Made by a program: the position numbers and the translations under genes. Shown piece after piece: positions 41,401 to 53,400 of a stretch of DNA of 64,000 nucleotides. Source of the DNA: the human T2T-CHM13v2.0 reference genome, Homo sapiens; assembly GCF_009914755.1 (NCBI RefSeq), contig NC_060944.1, one strand, 5' to 3'. Position 1 is the stretch's first letter, and every line of letters starts with the position of its first letter. The notes under the pieces were generated by a model. That model had not been told where the DNA came from, did no database searches, and worked only from the letters and a program-made list of their open reading frames with translations.

Positions 41401-44400
41401 TTTGCATTGAAGTCACAGAGTTGAACATTCCCTTTGAGAGAGCAGGTTTGAAACACGCCTTTTGTCATATCTGGAAGTGTCCATTCGGAGCGCATTCAGG
41501 CTTGTGTTGAAAAAGGAAATATCCTCCCATAAAAACTAGACAGAAGCATTCTCAGAAACTTATCTGTGATGTATGTACTCAACTAACAGAACTAAACCAT
41601 CGTTTTGAAGGAGCAGTTTTGAAACACTCTTTTTGCGGAATCTGCAAGTGGATATTTGGCTAGCTGGGAGGATTTCGTTGGAAACGGGATTACATACAAA
41701 AAGCAGACAGCAGCATTCTCAGAAACTTCTTTGTGATGTTTGCATTCAAGTCACAGAGTTGAACATTCCCTTTCATAGAGCAGGTTTGAAACACTCTTTT
41801 TGTAGTATCTGGATGTGGACATTTGGATCGCTTTCAGGCCTATGGTGAAAAAGGAAATATCTTCCCATGAAAACTAGACAGAAGCATTCTCAGAAACTTA
41901 TTTGTGATGTGTGCCCTCAACTGACAGTGTTGAACCTTTGTTTTGATAGAGCAGTTCTGAAACACACTTTTTGTAAAATCTGCAAGAGGATATTTGGATA
42001 GCTTTGAGGATTTCGTTGGAAACGGGAATGTCTTCATGTAAACTCTGGACAGAAGCATTCTCAGAAACTGCTTTGGGATGTTTCAATTGAAGTCCCAGTG
42101 TTGAACATTCCCTTTCATAGAGCAGGTTTGAAACACTCTTTTTGTACTATCTGGAAGTGGACATTTGGAGCGCTTTCAGGTCTACGGTGAAAAAGGAGAT
42201 ATCTTCCAATAAAAACTAGATAGAAGCAATGTCAGAACTTTTTTCATGATGTATCTACTCAGCAAACAGAGTTGAACCTTTCTTTTGAGAGAGCAGTTTT
42301 GAAACACTCTTTTTGTGGAATATGCAAGTGGGTATTAGGCCAGCTTGGAGGATTTCGTTGGAAACGGGAATACGTATAAAAAGCAGACAGCAGCATTGTC
42401 AGAAACTACTTTGTGATGTTTGCATTCAAGTCACAGAATTGAACACTCCCTTTCACAGAGCAGGTTTGAAACACTCTTTTTGTAGTGTCTGTAAGTGAAC
42501 ATTTGGATTGCTTTCAGGCCTAAGGTGAAAAAGGAAATATCTTCCCATAAAAACTAGACAGAAGCATTCTCAGAAACTTGTTTGTGATGTGTGCCCTCTA
42601 CTGACAGAGTTGAACCTTTCTTTGCAAAGAGCAGTTTTGAAACACTCTTTTTGTAGAATCTGCAAGAGGATATTTGGATAGCTTTGAGGATTTCTTGGGA
42701 AACGGGAATGTCTTCAGATAAACTCTAGACAGAAGCATTCTCAGAAACTTCTTTGGGATGTTTCAATTGAAGTCACAGTGTTGAACATTCCCTTTCACAG
42801 AGCAGGTTTGAAACACTCTTTTTGTAGTGTCTATAAGTGAACATTTGGCGTGCTTTCAGGCCTAACGTGAAAAAGGAAATATCTTCCCATAAAAACTAGA
42901 CAGAAGCATTCTCAGAAACTTGTTCTTGATGTGTCCCCTCTACTGACAGAGTTGAACCTTTCTTTGCAAAGAGCAGCTTTGAAACACTCTTTTTGTAGAA
43001 TCTGCAAGAGGATATTTGGATAGCTTGGAGGATTTCGTTGGAAACGGGTATGTCTTCAGATAAACTCTAGACAGAAGCATTCTCAGAAACTTCTTTGGGA
43101 TGTTGCATTCAAGTCACAGAGTAGAACATTCCCATTCATAGAGCAGATTTGAAACACTCTTTTTGTAGTATCTGGAAGTGGACATTTGGAGCGCTTTCAG
43201 GCCTATGTTGAAAAAGGAAATATCTTCCCATAAAAACTAGACGGAAGCATTCTCAGAAACTTATTTGTGATGTGTTTGCTCAACTAACAGGATTGAACCA
43301 TCGTTTTGAAGGAGCAGTTTTGAAACACTGTTTTCGTGGAATCTGCAAGTGGATATTTGGCTAGCTTTGAGGATTTCGTTGGAAACGGGATTACATATAA
43401 AAAGGAGACAGCAGCATTCTCAGAAACTTCTTTGTGATGTCTGCATTCAATTCACAGAGTTGAGCATTCCCTTTCATAGAGCAGGTTGGAAACACTCTTT
43501 TTGTAGTATCTGGATGAGGACATTTGGAGCGCTTTCAGGCGTATGGTGAAAAAGGAAATATCTTCCCGTAAAAACTAGACAGAAGCATTCTCAGAAGTTT
43601 ATTTGTGATGTGTGCCCTCAACTAACAGAGTTGAACCTTTCTTTTGATAGAGCAGTTTTGAAACACTCTTTTTGTAAAATCTGCAAGAGGATATTTGGAT
43701 AGCTTTGAGGATTTCGTTGCAAACGGGAATGGCTTCATATAAACTCTAGACAGAAGCATTCTCAGAAACTTCGTTGGGATGTTTCGATTGAAGTCCCAGT
43801 GTTGAACATTCCCTTTTATAGAGCAGGTTGGAAACACTCTTTCTGCATTCTCTGGAAGTGGACATTTGGAGCGCTTTCAGGACGACGGTGAAAATGGAAA
43901 TATCTTCCAAGAAAATCTAGATAGAAGCAACGTCAGAAACTTTTATGTGATGGATCTACTCAGCTAACAGAGTTGAACCTTTCTTTTGAGAGAGCAGTTT
44001 TGCAACACTCTTTTTGTGGAATATGCAAGTGGATATTAGGGCAGCTTTGAGGATTTCGTTGGAAACGGGAATACATGTAAAAAGCAGACAGCAGCATTCT
44101 CAGAAACTTCTTTGTGATGTTTGCATTGAAGTCACAGAGTTGAACATTCCCTTTGAGAGAGCAGGTTTGAAACACGCCTTTTGTCATATCTGGAAGTGTC
44201 CATTCGGAGCGCATTCAGGCTTGTGTTGAAAAAGGAAATATCCTCCCATAAAAACTAGACAGAAGCATTCTCAGAAACTTATCTGTGATGTATGTACTCA
44301 ACTAACAGAACTAAACCATCGTTTTGAAGGAGCAGTTTTGAAACACTCTTTTTGCGGAATCTGCAAGTGGATATTTGGCTAGCTGGGAGGATTTCGTTGG

Positions 44401-44945
44401 AAACGGGAGTACATACAAAAAGCAGAGAGCAGCATTCTCACAAACTTCTTTGTGATGTTTGCATTCAAGTCACAGAGTTGAACATTCCCTTTCATAGAGC
44501 AGGTTTGAAACACTCTTTTTGTAGTATCTGGATGTGGACATTTGGATCGCTTTCAGGCCTATGGTGAAAAAGGAAATATCTTCCCATGAAAACTAGACAG
44601 AAGCATTCTCAGAAACTTATTTGTGATGTGTGCCCTCAACTGACAGTGTTGAACCTTTGTTTTGATAGAGCAGTTCTGAAACACACTTTTTGTAAAATCT
44701 GCAAGAGGATATTTGGATAGCTTTGAGGATTTCGTTGGAAACGGGAATGTCTTCATGTAAACTCTGGACAGAAGCATTCTCAGAAACTGCTTTGGGATGT
44801 TTCAATTGAAGTCCCAGTGTTGAACATTCCCTTTCATAGAGCAGGTTTGAAACACTCTTTTTGTACTATCTGGAAGTGGACATTTGGAGCGCTTTCAGGT
44901 CTACGGTGAAAAAGGAGATATCTTCCAATAAAAACTAGATAGAAG
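20477..44945 (+). repeat. HOR units U8-U16, nine tandem 16-mers (starts 20477, 23194, 25913, 28632, 31351, 34070, 36789, 39508, 42227)
   Basis: 2719-bp spacing; U8 is 2717 bp because of a 2-bp deletion. Confidence 0.95.
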
Positions 44946-47493
44946 CAATGTCAGAACTTTTTTCATGATGTATCTACTCAGCAAACAGAGTTGAACCTTT
45001 CTTTTGAGAGAGCAGTTTTGAAACACTCTTTTTGTGGAATATGCAAGTGGGTATTAGGCCAGCTTGGAGGATTTCGTTGGAAACGGGAATACGTATAAAA
45101 AGCAGACAGCAGCATTGTCAGAAACTACTTTGTGATGTTTGCATTCAAGTCACAGAATTGAACACTCCCTTTCACAGAGCAGGTTTGAAACACTCTTTTT
45201 GTAGTGTCTGTAAGTGAACATTTGGATTGCTTTCAGGCCTAAGGTGAAAAAGGAAATATCTTCCCATAAAAACTAGACAGAAGCATTCTCAGAAACTTGT
45301 TTGTGATGTGTGCCCTCTACTGACAGAGTTGAACCTTTCTTTGCAAAGAGCAGTTTTGAAACACTCTTTTTGTAGAATCTGCAAGAGGATATTTGGATAG
45401 CTTTGAGGATTTCTTGGGAAACGGGAATGTCTTCAGATAAACTCTAGACAGAAGCATTCTCAGAAACTTCTTTGGGATGTTTCAATTGAAGTCACAGTGT
45501 TGAACATTCCCTTTCACAGAGCAGGTTTGAAACACTCTTTTTGTAGTGTCTATAAGTGAACATTTGGCGTGCTTTCAGGCCTAACGTGAAAAAGGAAATA
45601 TCTTCCCATAAAAACTAGACAGAAGCATTCTCAGAAACTTGTTCTTGATGTGTCCCCTCTACTGACAGAGTTGAACCTTTCTTTGCAAAGAGCAGCTTTG
45701 AAACACTCTTTTTGTAGAATCTGCAAGAGGATATTTGGATAGCTTGGAGGATTTCGTTGGAAACGGGTATGTCTTCAGATAAACTCTAGACAGAAGCATT
45801 CTCAGAAACTTCTTTGGGATGTTGCATTCAAGTCACAGAGTAGAACATTCCCATTCATAGAGCAGATTTGAAACACTCTTTTTGTAGTATCTGGAAGTGG
45901 ACATTTGGAGCGCTTTCAGGCCTATGTTGAAAAAGGAAATATCTTCCCATAAAAACTAGACGGAAGCATTCTCAGAAACTTATTTGTGATGTGTTTGCTC
46001 AACTAACAGGATTGAACCATCGTTTTGAAGGAGCAGTTTTGAAACACTGTTTTCGTGGAATCTGCAAGTGGATATTTGGCTAGCTTTGAGGATTTCGTTG
46101 GAAACGGGATTACATATAAAAAGGAGACAGCAGCATTCTCAGAAACTTCTTTGTGATGTCTGCATTCAATTCACAGAGTTGAGCATTCCCTTTCATAGAG
46201 CAGGTTGGAAACACTCTTTTTGTAGTATCTGGATGAGGACATTTGGAGCGCTTTCAGGCGTATGGTGAAAAAGGAAATATCTTCCCGTAAAAACTAGACA
46301 GAAGCATTCTCAGAAACTTCGTTGGGATGTTTCGATTGAAGTCCCAGTGTTGAACATTCCCTTTTATAGAGCAGGTTGGAAACACTCTTTCTGCATTCCC
46401 TGGAAGTGGACATTTGGAGCGCTTTCAGGACGACGGTGAAAATGGAAATATCTTCCAAGAAAATCTAGATAGAAGCAACGTCAGAAACTTTTATGTGATG
46501 GATCTACTCAGCTAACAGAGTTGAACCTTTCTTTTGAGAGAGCAGTTTTGCAACACTCTTTTTGTGGAATATGCAAGTGGATATTAGGGCAGCTTTGAGG
46601 ATTTCGTTGGAAACGGGAATACATGTAAAAAGCAGACAGCAGCATTCTCAGAAACTTCTTTGTGATGTTTGCATTGAAGTCACAGAGTTGAACATTCCCT
46701 TTGAGAGAGCAGGTTTGAAACACGCCTTTTGTCATATCTGGAAGTGTCCATTCGGAGCGCATTCAGGCTTGTGTTGAAAAAGGAAATATCCTCCCATAAA
46801 AACTAGACAGAAGCATTCTCAGAAACTTATCTGTGATGTATGTACTCAACTAACAGAACTAAACCATCGTTTTGAAGGAGCAGTTTTGAAACACTCTTTT
46901 TGCGGAATCTGCAAGTGGATATTTGGCTAGCTGGGAGGATTTCGTTGGAAACGGGAGTACATACAAAAAGCAGAGAGCAGCATTCTCACAAACTTCTTTG
47001 TGATGTTTGCATTCAAGTCACAGAGTTGAACATTCCCTTTCATAGAGCAGGTTTGAAACACTCTTTTTGTAGTATCTGGATGTGGACATTTGGATCGCTT
47101 TCAGGCCTATGGTGAAAAAGGAAATATCTTCCCATGAAAACTAGACAGAAGCATTCTCAGAAACTTATTTGTGATGTGTGCCCTCAACTGACAGTGTTGA
47201 ACCTTTGTTTTGATAGAGCAGTTCTGAAACACACTTTTTGTAAAATCTGCAAGAGGATATTTGGATAGCTTTGAGGATTTCGTTGGAAACGGGAATGTCT
47301 TCATGTAAACTCTGGACAGAAGCATTCTCAGAAACTGCTTTGGGATGTTTCAATTGAAGTCCCAGTGTTGAACATTCCCTTTCATAGAGCAGGTTTGAAA
47401 CACTCTTTTTGTACTATCTGGAAGTGGACATTTGGAGCGCTTTCAGGTCTACGGTGAAAAAGGAGATATCTTCCAATAAAAACTAGATAGAAG
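44946..47493 (+). repeat. HOR unit U17, 15-mer variant (2548 bp, M9 deleted)
   Basis: The M8 end (cttcccgtaaaaactagacagaag) runs directly into M10 (cattctcagaaacttcgttggg) at 46305; the 'MFPTCS' ORF is absent only in this unit. Confidence 0.95.
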
Positions 47494-50400
47494 CAATGTC
47501 AGAACTTTTTTCATGATGTATCTACTCAGCAAACAGAGTTGAACCTTTCTTTTGAGAGAGCAGTTTTGAAACACTCTTTTTGTGGAATATGCAAGTGGGT
47601 ATTAGGCCAGCTTGGAGGATTTCGTTGGAAACGGGAATACGTATAAAAAGCAGACAGCAGCATTGTCAGAAACTACTTTGTGATGTTTGCATTCAAGTCA
47701 CAGAATTGAACACTCCCTTTCACAGAGCAGGTTTGAAACACTCTTTTTGTAGTGTCTGTAAGTGAACATTTGGATTGCTTTCAGGCCTAAGGTGAAAAAG
47801 GAAATATCTTCCCATAAAAACTAGATAGAAGCATTCTCAGAAACTTGTTTGTGATGTGTGCCCTCTACTGACAGAGTTGAACCTTTCTTTGCAAAGAGCA
47901 GTTTTGAAACACTCTTTTTGTAGAATCTGCAAGAGGATATTTGGATAGCTTTGAGGATTTCTTGGGAAACGGGAATGTCTTCAGATAAGCTCTAGACAGA
48001 AGCATTCTCAGAAACTTCTTTGGGATGTTTCAATTGAAGTCACAGTGTTGAACATTCCCTTTCACAGAGCAGGTTTGAAACACTCTTTTTGTAGTGTCTA
48101 TAAGTGAACATTTGGCGTGCTTTCAGGCCTAACGTGAAAAAGGAAATATCTTCCCATAAAAACTAGACAGAAGCATTCTCAGAAACTTGTTCTTGATGTG
48201 TCCCCTCTACTGACAGAGTTGAACCTTTCTTTGCAAAGAGCAGCTTTGAAACACTCTTTTTGTAGAATCTGCAAGAGGATATTTGGATAGCTTGGAGGAT
48301 TTCGTTGGAAACGGGTATGTCTTCAGATAAACTCTAGACAGAAGCATTCTCAGAAACTTCTTTGGGATGTTGCATTCAAGTCACAGAGTAGAACATTCCC
48401 ATTCATAGAGCAGATTTGAAACACTCTTTTTGTAGTATCTGGAAGTGGACATTTGGAGCGCTTTCAGGCCTATGTTGAAAAAGGAAATATCTTCCCATAA
48501 AAACTAGACGGAAGCATTCTCAGAAACTTATTTGTGATGTGTTTGCTCAACTAACAGGATTGAACCATCGTTTTGAAGGAGCAGTTTTGAAACACTGTTT
48601 TCGTGGAATCTGCAAGTGGATATTTGGCTAGCTTTGAGGATTTCGTTGGAAACGGGATTACATATAAAAAGGAGACAGCAGCATTCTCAGAAACTTCTTT
48701 GTGATGTCTGCATTCAATTCACAGAGTTGAGCATTCCCTTTCATAGAGCAGGTTGGAAACACTCTTTTTGTAGTATCTGGATGAGGACATTTGGAGCGCT
48801 TTCAGGCGTATGGTGAAAAAGGAAATATCTTCCCGTAAAAACTAGACAGAAGCATTCTCAGAAGTTTATTTGTGATGTGTGCCCTCAACTAACAGAGTTG
48901 AACCTTTCTTTTGATAGAGCAGTTTTGAAACACTCTTTTTGTAAAATCTGCAAGAGGATATTTGGATAGCTTTGAGGATTTCGTTGCAAACGGGAATGGC
49001 TTCATATAAACTCTAGACAGAAGCATTCTCAGAAACTTCGTTGGGATGTTTCGATTGAAGTCCCAGTGTTGAACATTCCCTTTTATAGAGCAGGTTGGAA
49101 ACACTCTTTCTGCATTCCCTGGAAGTGGACATTTGGAGCGCTTTCAGGACGACGGTGAAAATGGAAATATCTTCCAAGAAAATCTAGATAGAAGCAACGT
49201 CAGAAACTTTTATGTGATGGATCTACTCAGCTAACAGAGTTGAACCTTTCTTTTGAGAGAGCAGTTTTGCAACACTCTTTTTGTGGAATATGCAAGTGGA
49301 TATTAGGGCAGCTTTGAGGATTTCGTTGGAAACGGGAATACATGTAAAAAGCAGACAGCAGCATTCTCAGAAACTTCTTTGTGATGTTTGCATTGAAGTC
49401 ACAGAGTTGAACATTCCCTTTGAGAGAGCAGGTTTGAAACACGCCTTTTGTCATATCTGGAAGTGTCCATTCGGAGCGCATTCAGGCTTGTGTTGAAAAA
49501 GGAAATATCCTCCCATAAAAACTAGACAGAAGCATTCTCAGAAACTTATCTGTGATGTATGTACTCAACTAACAGAACTAAACCATCGTTTTGAAGGAGC
49601 AGTTTTGAAACACTCTTTTTGCGGAATCTGCAAGTGGATATTTGGCTAGCTGGGAGGATTTCGTTGGAAACGGGATTACATACAAAAAGCAGAGAGCAGC
49701 ATTCTCAGAAACTTCTTTGTGATGTTTGCATTCAAGTCACAGAGTTGAACATTCCCTTTCATAGAGCAGGTTTGAAACACTCTTTTTGTAGTATCTGGAT
49801 GTGGACATTTGGATCGCTTTCAGGCCTATGGTGAAAAAGGAAATATCTTCCCATGAAAACTAGACAGAAGCATTCTCAGAAACTTATTTGTGATGTGTGC
49901 CCTCAACTGACAGTGTTGAACCTTTGTTTTGATAGAGCAGTTCTGAAACACACTTTTTGTAAAATCTGCAAGAGGATATTTGGATAGCTTTGAGGATTTC
50001 GTTGGAAACGGGAATGTCTTCATGTAAACTCTAGACAGAAGCATTCTCAGAAACTGCTTTGGGATGTTTCAATTGAAGTCCCAGTGTTGAACATTCCCTT
50101 TCATAGAGCAGGTTTGAAACACTCTTTTTGTACTATCTGGAAGTGGACATTTGGAGCGCTTTCAGGTCTACGGTGAAAAAGGAGATATCTTCCAATAAAA
50201 ACTAGATAGAAGCAATGTCAGAACTTTTTTCATGATGTATCTACTCAGCAAACAGAGTTGAACCTTTCTTTTGAGAGAGCAGTTTTGAAACACTCTTTCT
50301 GTGGAATATGCAAGTGGGTATTAGGCCAGCTTGGAGGATTTTGTTGGAAACGGGAATACGTATAAAAAGCAGACAGCAGCATTGTCAGAAACTACTTTGT

Positions 50401-53400
50401 GATGTTTGCATTCAAGTCACAGAATTGAACACTCCCTTTCACAGAGCAGGTTTGAAACACTCTTTTTGTAGTGTCTGTAAGTGAACATTTGGATTGCTTT
50501 CAGGCCTAAGGTGAAAAAGGAAATATCTTCCCATAAAAACTAGACAGAAGCATTCTCAGAAACTTGTTTGTGATGTGTGCCCTCTACTGACAGAGTTGAA
50601 ACTTTCTTTGCAAAGAGCAGTTTTGAAACACTCTTTTTGTAGAATCTGCAAGAGGATATTTGGATAGCTTTGAGGATTTCTTGGGAAACGGGAATGTCTT
50701 CAGATAAACTCTAGACAGAAGCATTCTCAGAAACTTCTTTGGGATGTTTCAATTGAAGTCACAGTGTTGTACATTCCCTTTCACAGAGCAGGTTTGAAAC
50801 ACTCTTTTTGTAGTGTCTATAAGTGAACATTTGGCGTGCTTTCAGGCCTAACGTGAAAAAGGAAATATCTTCCCATAAAAACTAGACAGAAGCATTCTCA
50901 GAAACTTGTTCTTGATGTGTGCCCTCTACTGACAGAGTTGAACCTTTCTTTGCAAAGAGCAGTTTTGAAACACTCTTTTTGTAGAATCTGCAAGAGGATA
51001 TTTGGATAGCTTTGAGGATTTCTTGGGAAACGGGAATGTCTTCAGATAAACTCTAGACAGAAGCATTCTCAGAAACTTCTTTGGGATGTTTCAATTGAAG
51101 TCACAGTGTTGAACATTCCCTTTCACAGAGCAGGTTTGAAACACTCTTTTTGTAGTGTCTATAAGTGAACATTTGGCGTGCTTTCAGGCCTAACGTGAAA
51201 AAGGAAATATCTTCCCATAAAAACTAGACAGAAGCATTCTCAGAAACTTGTTCTTGATGTGTCCCCTCTACTGACAGAGTTGAACCTTTCTTTGCAAAGA
51301 GCAGCTTTGAAACACTCTTTTTGTAGAATCTGCAAGAGGATATTTGGATAGCTTGGAGGATTTCGTTGGAAACGGGTATGTCTTCAGATAAACTCTAGAC
51401 AGAAGCATTCTCAGAAACTTCTTTGGGATGTTGCATTCAAGTCACAGAGTAGAACATTCCCATTCATAGAGCAGATTTGAAACACTCTTTTTGTAGTATC
51501 TGGAAGTGGACATTTGGAGCGCTTTCAGGCCTATGTTGAAAAAGGAAATATCTTCCCATAAAAACTAGACGGAAGCATTCTCAGAAACTTATTTGTGATG
51601 TGTTTGCTCAACTAACAGGATTGAACCATCGTTTTGAAGGAGCAGTTTTGAAACACTGTTTTCGTGGAATCTGCAAGTGGATATTTGGCTAGCTTTGAGG
51701 ATTTCGTTGGAAACGGGATTACGTATAAAAAGGAGACAGCAGCATTCTCAGAAACTTCTTTGTGATGTCTGCATTCAATTCACAGAGTTGAGCATTCCCT
51801 TTCATAGAGCAGGTTGGAAACACTCTTTTTGTAGTATCTGGATGAGGACATTTGGAGCGCTTTCAGGCGTATGGTGAAAAAGGAAATATCTTCCCGTAAA
51901 AACTAGACAGAAGCATTCTCAGAAGTTTATTTGTGATGTGTGCCCTCAACTAACAGAGTTGAACCTTTCTTTTGATAGAGCAGTTTTGAAACACTCTTTT
52001 TGTAAAATCTGCAAGAGGATATTTGGATAGCTTTGAGGATTTCGTTGCAAACGGGAATGGCTTCATATAAACTCTAGACAGAAGCATTCTCAGAAACTTC
52101 GTTGGGATGTTTCGATTGAAGTCCCAGTGTTGAACATTCCCTTTTATAGAGCAGGTTGGAAACACTCTTTCTGCATTCCCTGGAAGTGGACATTTGGAGC
52201 GCTTTCAGGACGACGGTGAAAATGGAAATATCTTCCAAGAAAATCTAGATAGAAGCAACGTCAGAAACTTTTATGTGATGGATCTACTCAGCTAACAGAG
52301 TTGAACCTTTCTTTTGAGAGAGCAGTTTTGCAACACTCTTTTTGTGGAATATGCAAGTGGATATTAGGGCAGCTTTGAGGATTTCGTTGGAAACGGGAAT
52401 ACATGTAAAAAGCAGACAGCAGCATTCTCAGAAACTTCTTTGTGATGTTTGCATTGAAGTCACAGAGTTGAACATTCCCTTTGAGAGAGCAGGTTTGAAA
52501 CACGCCTTTTGTCATATCTGGAAGTGTCCATTCGGAGCGCATTCAGGCTTGTGTTGAAAAAGGAAATATCCTCCCATAAAAACTAGACAGAAGCATTCTC
52601 AGAAACTTATCTGTGATGTATGTACTCAACTAACAGAACTAAACCATCGTTTTGAAGGAGCAGTTTTGAAACACTCTTTTTGCGGAATCTGCAAGTGGAT
52701 ATTTGGCTAGCTGGGAGGATTTCGTTGGAAACGGGAGTACATACAAAAAGCAGAGAGCAGCATTCTCAGAAACTTCTTTGTGATGTTTGCATTCAAGTCA
52801 CAGAGTTGAACATTCCCTTTCATAGAGCAGGTTTGAAACACTCTTTTTGTAGTATCTGGATGTGGACATTTGGATCGCTTTCAGGCCTATGGTGAAAAAG
52901 GAAATATCTTCCCATGAAAACTAGACAGAAGCATTCTCAGAAACTTATTTGTGATGTGTGCCCTCAACTGACAGTGTTGAACCTTTGTTTTGATAGAGCA
53001 GTTCTGAAACACACTTTTTGTAAAATCTGCAAGAGGATATTTGGATAGCTTTGAGGATTTCGTTGGAAACGGGAATGTCTTCATGTAAACTCTGGACAGA
53101 AGCATTCTCAGAAACTGCTTTGGGATGTTTCAATTGAAGTCCCAGTGTTGAACATTCCCTTTCATAGAGCAGGTTTGAAACACTCTTTTTGTACTATCTG
53201 GAAGTGGACATTTGGAGCGCTTTCAGGTCTACGGTGAAAAAGGAGATATCTTCCAATAAAAACTAGATAGAAGCAATGTCAGAACTTTTTTCATGATGTA
53301 TCTACTCAGCAAACAGAGTTGAACCTTTCTTTTGAGAGAGCAGTTTTGAAACACTCTTTTTGTGGAATATGCAAGTGGGTATTAGGCCAGCTTGGAGGAT

